From the NCBI GenBank assembly GCA_951406725.2, contig OX597822.1:86862001-86926000 (forward strand): DNA of 64,000 bases, read 5' to 3'. This document shows, piece by piece, positions 51,871 to 64,000 of this stretch. The notes beneath the pieces were generated by a model. The model was not told the DNA's origin. It was given only the letters and a program-made list of their open reading frames with translations, and ran no database searches. This DNA is from Octopus vulgaris (taxonomy: Eukaryota). How positions within the stretch are numbered: the stretch's first letter is position 1; every line of letters starts with the position of its first letter. Position numbers and translations under genes: made by a program.

Positions 51871-52178
51871 TCATTAATTAGTGATAAGAAATATATAATG
51901 TAACACTGGCCTCCCTTTTTCAGTGTCTTCAGACTTCTTCCTCAATAGATTCACCTAAAGAGCTGTTCGACTGAGAACTATACTCATGTTTTATATCTCA
52001 CTGTTTAGCAGTTGACTGACCGTGATTTTCAGAGGTGAAACTGGGACCAATAAGAGTTTAAACCAGGACCAAGTGAAATATCATGCAAAGTCTGATGAGC
52101 CGCAACATGTTGCAGGGATAGGTATTAAGGAAAATAATGTCTCCTCTCCCCACCATCAAGAGGGGATGGAACATATTT

Positions 52179-52406
52179 ACCTATTTCTTTACTACCCACA
52201 AGGAGGTAAACACAGAGAGGACAAACAAGGACAGACAAACGGATTAAGTCGATTATATCGACCCCAGTGCGTAACTAGTACTTATTTAATCGACCCCGAA
52301 AGGATGAAAGGCAAAGTCGACCTCGGCGGAATTTGAATTCAGAACGTAACGGTCGACGAAATACGGCTACGCATTTTGCCCGGCATGCTAACATTTCTGC
52401 CAGCTC
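52179..52406 (-). mobile_element. SINE family A
   Basis: Reverse complement of 49-279. Confidence 0.92.
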
Positions 52407-52599
52407 TTACCATAAATACATTAACGTAATAGCACGTTTTCTTCTGATAGGAAGGGCTGAAGTGATACGTAAGAACTAGTGAAACGTATGAATTGTCTTT
52501 TTCCCTTAGGTACTAATCATAAAAGTACTAATATACTAGGTACTAATCACGAAGACTCAATGGTACTCGTGTTGTACAAGCGTTTATCACTATAATCCA

Positions 52600-52863
52600 A
52601 TGACATATAAAGGTCTTTATGCGGCGATCTTACTTGTCATTCCATCCACTGAAAGTGCTACGGTGATGGAAGAGTGGTGACGTGTGCAAACGGAATTAGT
52701 TGGAAGCGCACAACTTTCGTCTATCAAGTATGTTTCAAACCATGCAGATCTGCAGAGAGACTGGACAGCCATCTGAAAGATCATGGACGGAAAGTTAGAA
52801 ACTACATTGACAACGAGGAAGCACAAGGAGATGGCTATCATCTGTGAAGATGGAGCAATTACC
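52600..52863 (+). mobile_element. RTE LINE 3' end with (ATGT)n tail
   Basis: Decayed C2H2-like VCFKPCRSAERLDSHLKDH; stem-loop CATCT-GTGA-AGATG; then ACC(ATGT)n. Confidence 0.6.
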
Positions 52864-53109
52864 ATGTATGTAATGTATGTATGTATGTATGTATGTATGT
52901 ATGTATGTACGTATGTGTGTATGTATTTCAGATTTATTTCTAGATTTCTTGAGAGAAAAGGCCAGTTTTTAACCGAGATCCAAGGCTCCTACGTTGGAAT
53001 TTCAACATCAACAGGATATTTGTGCATGGTTGTGTGTATATGTGCATGTGTTGTGTGTATATGTTTTGTTTTATGAATGTATACTCATGCATACAGCTGC
53101 TTCTCTAGA

Positions 53110-53900
53110 GATGTGCATCTGTACATATATGCTAAAATTTTGGTAAGTTTTACAGATTTTGATAGTTCCATTGATGGCTTGTATCTGTAATCTAATTTGC
53201 TTTCTCTTTTCTTGTTTTGAGAACCTTAATTTCCCAGTTTTCCAATAATTACTGGTATAAACCCGAACTTGAGATCTGAGTAGAGTAAACCGTAAATTTC
53301 TTAATAGATCCGCGTAAGTGTTTTCTTTTTCACCGATCTTTAGCTTTAGGTTGACATCCGATTTCCACTACTGTACATAGTTTCCCTTCTCTGTCCGAAA
53401 TCACTACTTCTGGTATATTATGTTTGCATTTTATTAAAGTTTTCACTGGAACATCCCGCCAATACTCTTTTATATTATGAGTAGATATACTCTCTACGAC
53501 ACTGTGGGATTTTATAGCTTAGATGTTACGGGAATACTTTCAACGGATCCCATTGTACTGTGTCTTGGACACAACACCATGTCTCACCGGTAGATAGCAA
53601 CACAATGACGTTTTTGGTCACCTGCTTATGATATGGGCGATATCTTCGGTGTTTACTCCACAAAGTCTGCATCACATTTCAGTGTTTTTCTGGCACTTCT
53701 GCCCCTTTTGCGCATCACGATTTTGGTAATTATTTCGTGCTTCTGCATTGCAAACGCATATCCTTCAAAGTGAGAGTTAGCAATCTGGCTGTTGGCTCAC
53801 GATAGATGGCTTTAATGATCAATGTTGCTGTCATCATGAAGCTTTGTGCTAACATATCCATGCATGGTCTTCCGCTAATATGCACTCATCATTTCATCTG
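53110..53900 (-). mobile_element. R4-like RLE LINE 3' fragment
   Basis: SHFEGYAFAMQ..EI..CRLCGVNTEDIAHIIS..YLPVRH; KCKHNIPEVVI.DRE..CTVVEI. Confidence 0.8.
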
Positions 53901-54194
53901 TTGGCATGTAGGTATAACGATGGTATGTTGCAATGAAAATGAAAGGAAGAAAGATATTACTTAGTTGAAATGGCCTTTTATTTTCATCGTTATTATGTAA
54001 AATACAATTTCTTCGAGTTGTATTGCGACGATTATTCACAGTACTGATATCCATTCTTTAGGGAATTAAATCCACCTTTTATTGACTGCTAGAAGACTTG
54101 AAAATAGGAGAGATAGATATTTGTCTGGGCTGACAAATAGATAGGGTGAAAGTTTAATTGTCGCGCGATGACAATCCATAAGTGAAAGCAGAGA

Positions 54195-54360
54195 AACTCC
54201 GTTGGCAAAATGAGTTGTATTTGTATTTCAAAAGGGGCCAGCTTTTGTCACTTTGTGCATCACTGAGAACAACGTTAAAGGTACGCGTGTCTGCGGAGTA
54301 CTCAGCCACTTGCACGTTAATTTCACGAACGGCTGTTCTGTTGATCGAATCAAATGTCAT
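54195..54360 (+). mobile_element. SINE family C 3' part
   Basis: GAGTACTCAGCCACTTGCACGTTAATTTCACGA is the reverse complement of 28085-28115. Confidence 0.8.
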
Positions 54361-55521
54361 AAAAACTCTGCTGTGACCTAAATCTGCTAACCTGACATTG
54401 GCACATCATTACCAAATTCATTGCAAATTATTAAAATGGCTCCATTTATCCTTTAAGTTGAGTAAAGATATGAAGAGAGATGCTCAGAAATTCGTTGTAG
54501 TTGACTAAGAAGGCTTTTGTTAAATGGCTGCTGATAATGCCCAGTCCACTATAAATTCTAAAGTTGTGATAAAGCAGTGCAATATTGCTGTTAATGGTGA
54601 AGGCACGCAGATCAGTGGTTACGGTATGGTCAAGAGTTCGATACCTGGTGGCGCGCGTTGCTCCAGTCCACGGCAACACTGGTGGCTGGTTGGAATATCT
54701 GCCTGTTAAACTACTTGGTATCAAAACGTCAAGTAAGGTAGACCTAAATTTTATCTACTGCAGCAGAACTGTGTTATGGCACGACATTAGACACTTCCAG
54801 GACAGACGGCTGCTGGAAATTTCAAGATGTGTCGCGATCCGACTAATAATGAGCATTGTCTGTGGCAATATATGTCCGAGTTACCGAAATAATATTAAAA
54901 AATATTCAGACTTACATCACTACCTGCACTCATGTTAGTAATGATTCAGTGAATAAACCACACAATATACCAGATCTTATCGTATTTCGCAGGTACATCC
55001 TAAATATTTCGTAATTGATGCTTACAGTTAAAAAAGCGACGGTCAAAACTGAAAGAATTACAAAAAACGAAAAAACACAAACTTACATTAGTTCAATGCC
55101 TTGCGAACCTACATTTCTACGCACAATATTAAAATTACATAATGACACATTCAACGCACAAAGTCATTGTTCATAAAAAGGTGTTTTTCTATTAAAAGTG
55201 GCAGAAAAGTGAATTGGTGTGGCAAGTACAAATGACCTATCTTATGTAGAATACCATTGTCTTTATGCTATAACACTTGATATGTATTTGGTCGATTTTA
55301 AATTATTGATTGTATTTGCTTCTGTGTTCTCATAACTCTTTTCTCTCTCTTTCTCCCCCCATCTCTATGTATGTATATTTATACATATGTGTGTATATAT
55401 ACACACACACAAAATTGCATACACACACATATAGATACATAGTTGCATCGGCCTACACATACACGCACACACACAAATTAGAGAGAAAGAATGGGTTATG
55501 CACATTTATTTATATATTCAT

Positions 55522-55552
<31 letters not shown>

Positions 55553-55680
55553 TTATTTATTTATTTATTTATAGGCATACAGCTGTTTCAGATGAGCATT
55601 TGGGTGCGTTCATGGTTCATGGTTCAGTTTTATCGTTCGATCGAGTGAACGACTGAAAATATAGGGAACAACCATCACGA

Positions 55681-55729
<49 letters not shown>

Positions 55730-55749
55730 ATGTCGATCTCTCCCCGTCG

Positions 55750-56013
55750 AAGACAACGTATGAGTGTTCAGCTTTTTGCCGAACGACCTGCACAAAATGA
55801 TTTGTTTCTGGTGATCAAATGCATGTGCCGTACATTAGCTGACTCCCTTTATTAACAGGTGTATGCTGTGCTATGCATCAGGTGTTGAGGTGATCGCAGA
55901 GCATCGTGAGATGAAGTGTTTTGCTCAAGAACACAACGCACCACCCGGCCAAGGAACTGAAACTACGATTTCGCGATCGTGCGTGCAATACCCGAACCAC
56001 TGGGTCACACGCC

Positions 56014-56015
<2 letters not shown>
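55750..56015 (-). mobile_element. tRNA-headed SINE (family C-like), diverged
   Basis: GTGAGATGAAGTGTTTTGCTCAAGAACACAACG..AACCACT matches the 28225-28320 head region. Confidence 0.7.
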
Positions 56016-56058
<43 letters not shown>

Positions 56059-57866
56059 GCGCGCACACACACGCTGTCTTACACACATACATATCTATAT
56101 CTATTTATCTGTCTGTCTGTCTGTCCGTCCGTCCGTTCGTCTGTCTGTCTGTCTGTCTATCTATTTATATTCGTCACGTTTGTTTTATAACATACCCCTG
56201 AAAAGACTCTTGGAAAGAAACTTCTACAGAATTTTATACCATCTCGCTTAGATAACCCAGTTTAGAATCATAAAAAGCAAAGACCGGCTATGAGAATTTA
56301 ACTGTCTTGCTATAAAAGGCACTACCGCTTTCTTGAACATCGCTTGACCAAATAAGCAACGGACTTGAAAGTAAGTTTTGGGAAATTTCCCGCCTACTAG
56401 TTCTGCCGAAGGTTCTAGAAGAGTGACTACAAGTTATAAAAAGTTGGGATGTTGAACTCACGAACAGAACACAACTCTGTCGGTCAGTTTTGTAATTAGG
56501 TTTATTTAAATAATTGTTGTACTTATGGTAATAAAAAGAATATGGAAACACATATTAGTGTGGTCAGTGTCACCATCAGATGCAAAACCTAATACTGTGT
56601 TCGTGAAAGCAGCAGGCTTTTTTTTTGTTTTAAATTTACTTACAGCTCTTAAAGGTAAAGAGCAAAACATTTGCTATAATACTCAGAAATCTGATTAGGA
56701 GATTTGATCTTCCAGAAATAAAAGATAGATTTTTCAGCTGTTTGCTCTCGATATATTTCTTTAAAGCAAAACTGATGTTTTCTCCTGGTCCTGGTGATCC
56801 TTGCTATGAACCATCAATATTTGCATCTGAACGAAACTGTCTGCAGTAAGATTTCTGTTACAGCAGTGCTTGGGCATTAAAACTCGTCTCATAAAAGTAG
56901 CCTGAGTTAAATGATCAAATATTACGGCTAAATAATGGCAGTTTCCTAAAATAGCTTTTTATGAGGAATTGATGGAGCGCAAAAGACCTCAAAACAAGCA
57001 TGCTTAGAGATACAGAGATTGCTTCAAGACTGATATTTGAGAAATAGAAGTTGATTTTTAAAATTTTGAGAAAATAACAAATTGTGCATTATGAAGAAAG
57101 TAAGTTTATGATTATGGAGGAAAAATAGAGCTGAAATGATCTCTCATGCGAATTTACTTCGTGCAGATTACAAGAGAGAGGGCGAAGAACTTTCGCCAAG
57201 GCAAAGAAGAAAAGAGGAGCCAACCGGCAGCCACTGCTACCGTATTCTGCTTTCTGCTTTTGGATTGATTGATTAATTAATGACATCCGAGACTAGACAA
57301 GCATTTTCAAATGTCTCTTTGGTTATCGAATTTGCCGGTCACATATTTAAACAGAGGATATGAATATGTCATATACCAACAACATTGATACTAATCAAGA
57401 AATATGTGTGTGATGGTGCCATACACTTGTGATCTTCAATGGAACCTGCAATTGAGCAACAGGTCTTTAAGATGTACCTTAGAGTCAATGAAAGGAAAGA
57501 GGAGCGAAAAGAAGGTTTCACTCGTCAAGTCAGCTCTAATCAAGCAGACCAACACTGAAAAGGCATTCCAACTAACTCCATCCCGACATCCCGACCTTTT
57601 TCTTTTCAAACACACTATACAGTACTACATTATCTTCGAGCGACCACGTACAAAGTTCATCGTTGGTTCGCGTATGTAAGCAAGAAATATATTCATGTTT
57701 GTGTATGATTTTTCTTTGGGTTTTATTTAAGTTCTTCTCAGGAGGGTTCAAGCCGGTCGCTAACAAAGCGACAACACTTTTTGAGTTAAGAGAGTTCTCG
57801 CTGTTTGTAAATATGTGATTGAGTTGGTGTGTTGGTTGAAATGTCCATGCATACCCTCAAAGTCCC

Positions 57867-58110
57867 GGAAAAGAGTATATTTATGGTGAATTAATGCGGA
57901 ACTTACATCACTTGTACTCTGACTATGGATTCTCGTTTGTATTATGTGTATTATGTTATGCACCTACAACTTTGCACAGAAAACTAGAAATACGTGAATT
58001 CACGGAAAAAGAGCGAAAGAAACTGACGTGGATCCTCCAAATCCAATCTGTTAGTGGCACAGTGAAGATCTGCAAGACGTTCTAAAAATTCTCCATGTGA
58101 GATTCTTATG
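57867..58110 (+). mobile_element. R4-like LINE extreme 3' fragment
   Basis: YGELMRNLHHLY..KLTWILQIQSVSGTVKICKTF. Confidence 0.8.
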
Positions 58111-58118
58111 TGAATAGA

Positions 58119-59030
58119 TGCACATCTTCACTGTGCCACTAATAGATTGGATTTGGAGAATCCACGTCAGTTTCTTTTGCTCTTTCTCCACGAATTCGAG
58201 TATTTCTAGGTTTTTGTGCAAATATGTGATTTACATAACCCAATACATCCACCGATGATAGGTACAAACGAGAATCCGTAGTCAGGGTACAAGTGATGTA
58301 AGTTCCGCATTAATTCACCATAAACATACTCTTTTCCTGAACTTTCGATTGTACATTCACATCCGTTGGGCAGCTGGCTTCTACAACACTGCATGACTTT
58401 TGTTCCCTGTCCTGCAGAAGAATATCAGGTCTGTTATATTTGCATCAAATTGGTGTTTTTATTGGGGTGTTCAACAAGGAATACTTGTTTTTAAAGGTGT
58501 GAATACCTGCTGGTCCTGATATGCTTTTGATGTTATATATCTCGGCAGTCCTTCCTTCGGATAGCATTGTAAATAGTCTTTGCAACTATATCATGCCTCA
58601 AGGACAGATAGTATCTCGTAGACATTTTGGGGCAGCTGCTGAGGATGTGGGTGATATCTTCCACATTGGTATAGCAGAGCCGACATTTTTTTATCACAAC
58701 GTGGAGGTTTGGTGGTATATTTCTCCTTGTTGTTTATCAAGTACTTAATAGCTATCTCCTGTTTGTGGATAGTGAAGAAATGTCTTCTAGGTGGGATGTA
58801 ATGTAAGGTCCAGTAGGGGCTACTCTTCATGTCAGTGCTATTGTTGCCCTCTCACTTACGGGATACGTACCCATGCTTTGCATTTTGCTGCTATGTTGCC
58901 TGCTTCTCTTCCAAGCATCTGTTTAGGTAGGACAGTGCAGTCTGTCTTTGGGTTGCATGAGACAGTTGCAGTCTCAGAGTACCTACACAGTGGTTCTTCT
59001 CCAATTCTGAAGTTGTTGTTGCTCTCACGT
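58119..59030 (-). mobile_element. R4-like RLE LINE 3' fragment
   Basis: AIHKQEIAIKYL; DITHILSSCPKMSTRYYL; CKYNRPDI; KEYVYGELMRNLHHLYPDYGFSFVPII. Confidence 0.82.
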
Positions 59031-59239
59031 ATGTATGTATTTATGTATGTATGTATGTATGTATGTATGTATGTATGTATGTATGTATGTATGTATGTAT
59101 GTATGTATGTATGTATGTATGTATGTATGTATGTGTGTGTATGTACGTATGTATGTGTGTGTATGTATGTATGTGTGTGTGTATGTATGTGTGTATGTAT
59201 GTATGTGTGTGTATGTGTGTGTATGTATGTATGTGTGTA

Positions 59240-59306
<67 letters not shown>
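59030..59306. repeat. (TATG)n to (TG)n compound microsatellite
   Basis: Direct reading. Confidence 0.96.
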
Positions 59307-59311
<5 letters not shown>

Positions 59312-59624
59312 CGTGTATTTTTAAGAAAGAAAATAAGGAATAGTGAGAAGATTTGAAGAGAAGATTTCTTGACAAGTGAAATATCGGAAAATAACGAAAA
59401 TAAAATATAAAAGTGAAGCAGAATAATTGGCCGTGGGGACTTCGATGAGATAACAAGTCAAAAATACGGGGAGAGACGAAAATGTAACAAACATTCATAA
59501 ACATATATAGAAATACACGCAATCTCTAACTAAACTCGTACACTCACGCACACAAACACACACAAACACACACACACACTCGCACGTACAATAAAATTTT
59601 TGACGAATATTATATATATATATG

Positions 59625-59796
59625 GGCGCAGGAGTGGCTGTGTGGTAAGTAGCTTGCTAACCAACCACATGGTTCCGGGTTCAGTCCTACTGCGTGGCAC
59701 CTAGGGCGAGCGTCTTCTACAATAGCCTCGGGCCGACCAAAGCCTTGTGAATGGATTTGGTAGATGGAAACTGAAAGAAGCCCGTCGTAAATATAA

Positions 59797-59861
<65 letters not shown>

Positions 59862-59998
59862 TGTGTTTGTCTCCTGCTGGTTCGGCAAAAACGACTGATA
59901 GAATAAGTACTAGGCTACCAAAGAATAAGTCCTGCAGTCGATTTGCTCGAATAAAGGCCGCAGTCAAATGACTGAAACAAGTAAAAGAATAAAAGAAT
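59625..59998 (+). mobile_element. SINE family B with internal deletions
   Basis: Matches 7781-8178. Confidence 0.9.
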
Positions 59999-60384
59999 AT
60001 ATGCATACATATATGTATATACACATACATACACATATAAACACACAGAAGTTTGGTTGAACAAATAATAGAATTCGATATGAATATTATATATTCGACA
60101 GAAATTACAAATTGAATCGCGGGTCGGGAGTTTCGTTTATGAATTTATGGAATTTATTGTGCCATAAACGAAACTATCGAACTTTGAGTCATTTTGTAAC
60201 TTCTGCCGTTTAATAATGATGATGGTGGTGGTGGTGACATAAAGCGCGACATTTATTGATATAACAACATGATTGTATCTCAACGTCTGTCTATTGAGCA
60301 TGTACATGCGTAAAGAATAGTTTTTAAAAAATGGTAAAAAGTTGTAAGTGAACTTTATTTATGAGTGACACAAACAGAAATGGT

Positions 60385-60389
60385 AAAGT

Positions 60390-60425
<36 letters not shown>

Positions 60426-60727
60426 AAAAAAGCATGAGAGAGATAGGAAGAGAGAGTGAGAAAGATAGAGAAGGAGAGTGAGTTAGTGCGTGTGAGAGAG
60501 AGAAAGGAAGAGAAAGAAGGGGAAGAGAGTGAGTGAGTTAGTGTGTGTGAGAGAGAGAGAGACAGAGAGAGAAATGGCTGTGAGTAAAAGAAATATTTTT
60601 TTAGATAAAACAGAAAATGACCTGGGAGAGAGGTGGATGAATTTCATAGACAATTCGATCATCTCTGGTCAATTTTAAAGAATTAGAGGGAAAAAACGAG
60701 GTGGAGAGATAGCGAAAAAGATCGTGT

Positions 60728-60777
<50 letters not shown>

Positions 60778-61045
60778 CAGATGGGGAGAGAGAGAGAGAA
60801 GACAGAAAGTGGAATGGGCAAAAAGAAGAAAAAAGCTCAAAGAAGAGCGGGAGGAGGAGAAAGAGAAGAATAATTTAAGGAGAAAACAAAACCAAATAAG
60901 AGGAAGAGGCAGCGTATATTATAAAAAGAGAGGAGATTGGTGAAAGATAGAAATAGGAAAGAGAGAGGGGAATGTAAAAAAAAGAAAAGAAGAAAACTGA
61001 TAGAATGGTAAAAGTGAGAGTAAGAGGAAGGGGAGGGCAAAGGAA
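60385..61045. repeat. Purine-rich (GA/GATA) low-complexity tract upstream of the candidate exon
   Basis: Direct reading. Confidence 0.85.
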
Positions 61046-61202
61046 GTCAGTTTTGGATTCGGAGATGAAAAAATTGGGCTTTTTCTGTATTGAAAGAAGA
61101 ATTGTTTGTTGTGTTTCACTGTTTCGGCTGGGCAGGCTAGTCATGGTCGGCCGAAGATTTTACTCATTCTAAGTTTATTACTTTCCTCTACAAAGTGGAG
61201 AC

Positions 61203-61263
61203 ATGAAAAGTTACCAGTGGAGCGTTTTTCTGGTTGTAATAATAACACTTGACTGCATCCCAG
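61203..61263 (+). CDS. Probable first coding exon: signal peptide MKSYQWSVFLVVIITLDCIP(G) of a secreted or membrane protein
   Basis: GACATG start context, basic N-region, hydrophobic core, then strong donor CAG|GTAAGC in phase 1 after 20 codons. Confidence 0.65.
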
Positions 61264-62173
61264 GTAAGCAGCTTCATCTTCTCATCATCCTTCATCGTCG
61301 TCGTCGTCGTCATTCTCATTGTCGAAGTGATGGCGATGTTGTTGACGACGGTGCCTTTATTCTTGTTGATTTCTCTCGCATTATGTAAAAAATCATTAGA
61401 CTCACAAAACATCATCGTTACTAAAAACCTTCTCTATTTACACATCCGTAACAAAGAACTCAAATTTAACAACAAATTTAAAAGTGTTTCGAAGTATAAA
61501 TTATTCTCCGTTTCTTCACACAAAAAAAAAAGAAAAAGAAAAAAGAAAAATGTTTCACGGAGAATTGATGAATCCACAATCTACCATCCCGTCCTGACGA
61601 TCAAAACTTTATAAAGCAACATGTGTTAGTTTCCACACATCTAACTTATTGACCCTCCAACTTTCATTTACTTTACTAATCCTCTAATGTCAAAACACTT
61701 GAGATACAAGAATTACAATTGTAACTTCATCTTTATTCGTCACTATCATCACCATTTTTATTGTACAAATAGAGCATATCTCTCTCCAATCTTTTGCGCA
61801 CTACTACACCAGTCTTATCAAAGTGAAATACATTCAATTTTTATTATCATTATTCGTTGCTAATGCTAACAAAAGTTCCGATCGCCGCTTCACCGTCCCA
61901 AGGCGATCTCCATCAGATTGTTTGTGATATTACATTTTATTTAGTTAGTCTGGTTAATAATAACACTGTCGGTTGGGAAGAAAAATCACTTTGATGAAAT
62001 ACATTTCGACTAAGAAATAAAGGGGAATTCTCCCCATTTCGATTAGGTTCAAACTTTGTCACCAAATTGTCTGTCAAAATATTAATGATGCTGATAAGAG
62101 AGGGAAACTCTTGAGGTTTATTATAAAGTTTTGTGTGTGTGTGTGTGTATACGTGTATGTAGGCGCGCTTGAG

Positions 62174-62266
<93 letters not shown>

Positions 62267-62271
62267 ATCTA

Positions 62272-62316
<45 letters not shown>

Positions 62317-62568
62317 GTGTAGAGATAAAAGTTTTAGTAAGCTTGGAATAGATAAACACCGGATTACTGCTCGGAGGGTCTAGGTTCTTCTTAATTAAGA
62401 TTAAAGTAATCTCACAAAAACAAAAAAATGGCTATAAGAACTGTAGCAGTTGTAAAAGCCTATCTTGGAATATATTTTTGCTTTTATGACATCTTTTATA
62501 AATGAAATATTGTGTGTGTACGTGTGTTTCTATATATATACAATTTCTGTACACTACACATTACATTC

Positions 62569-62643
<75 letters not shown>

Positions 62644-62660
62644 TATATATAAATATCTAT

Positions 62661-62726
<66 letters not shown>

Positions 62727-62863
62727 TATATATATACATATATATATGCATATGTATATATATATATATAAAGCTTCAGGATAAAGCATTTGTCGAGTAA
62801 AGAGCATAATGTGAAACGAAATAATTGACAAGGGAACAGGAAATTACGTAGTGAATTTACTTC

Positions 62864-62942
62864 GCTTACACCTGTTTCTGCTATAAGATGCCGTGGATTC
62901 AGAGCTGTGTGTTAGTACATCACCTCATAGATTCGTCAGAGC
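62864..62942 (-). ncRNA. Type I hammerhead ribozyme-like motif
   Basis: Minus GCT-CTGACGA-AT-CTATGAGGTG..CATCTTATAG-CA-GAAA-CAGGTG-TA-AGC; 10-bp stem II with two G-U pairs. Confidence 0.6.
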
Positions 62943-63211
62943 TTCTGATGCACAAGCATTCAGTTTTGAGTCTATGGAAACTCAGCAAATAAAGATATAA
63001 GCTTACGAGGTTCATTGCATAATTTCCTGTTCCTTTGTCAAATTTTTTTTTCCACATTATGCTCTGTACTCGATGATATTCTGAAGCATAAGAATATTAT
63101 TGAGTTCAAGCACCAGGTTTTTAGTATCATTATGCCATTGAGAAATTATGTATGTATGTATGTATGTATGTATGTATGTATGTATGTATGTATGTATGTA
63201 TGTATGTATCG

Positions 63212-63271
<60 letters not shown>

Positions 63272-63601
63272 ACACACACACACACACTTCTATAAATATA
63301 TATGAACATAAATGAATACATGTATACATGTAATATATTTATATCTATATATATGTATGTAAATCATCGACTGTTGAAGAGGTTGCAAGAAGCAACGAGA
63401 ATTTTAGGAAAACTAAGTAAATGAGTGGAAATCGAACCGGTGAGCGTGTTAATTAAAACAGAACGACTCTCCCCAGACAATAAAATATGTATATAAATAT
63501 ATGCATGCATATATGTATGTATATAAATGTATATGTGCAGGAATTTGAATGTCTTTGAGTAAATGACGTCCGTACGTCAATTTTCCTATTTTTCTTCCTT
63601 T

Positions 63602-63653
<52 letters not shown>

Positions 63654-64000
63654 GTACATATACCTCTCTGTGTTTGTCTTTCTATCTGTATGCACACGCA
63701 CATATGTATGTATGTGCGTGCGTGTCTTCATGGTTCGCTGATTACAAATAAAAAGTTTTCAAACTCGCTTGTTGCTTGTCGAGCAAAAGATTTCACTAGC
63801 AGTTTCTATAGTGTTGGCTTCGTAATATGATGGATACATCATTTCTGTTGAAGAAAACGAATTATACATATTGGCTGTTAGTAGCTTCATGAATTTGCAG
63901 TCTATTTAATCTTAATGAAATAGATACTAACTTGTACATTATAATGGGAAATATTTTTTTTTTACACGAAATTAACCAGAATAAATAACAGAAGAAGCGA

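Noticed and set aside
52090-52130. CTGATGA followed by GCAAC/GTTGC hairpin
   Set aside because: GATA instead of GAAA and no stem I

Overview
AT-rich eukaryotic genomic DNA, most likely an octopus or other coleoid cephalopod. This is inferred from the tRNA-derived SINE families and the extreme load of (TA)n, (CA)n, (TATG)n and (TCTA)n microsatellites. There is no prokaryotic content, no CRISPR array and no complete gene, and almost every ORF in the supplied track is a microsatellite artefact. The window is mostly intronic or intergenic and is filled with transposon relics: about four SINE families, CR1-type, RTE and R4/Dong LINE fragments, Penelope-like remnants, two non-autonomous Helitrons, two MITEs with telomere-like cores, and mariner, Tigger and hAT fragments. 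The best host-gene signal is a signal-peptide exon at 61203-61263 (+), with three weaker candidate exons upstream. The most interesting structure is a set of short microsatellite-embedded units carrying minimal type I hammerhead ribozyme motifs (21432 +, 15236 -, 62864 -, plus decayed copies) together with fold-back palindromes. Also notable are an RTE-derived bipartite element with an HDV-like ribozyme remnant and a Helitron carrying a LINE ORF1 fragment. All calls were made by eye, and family names are from recall rather than database searches.
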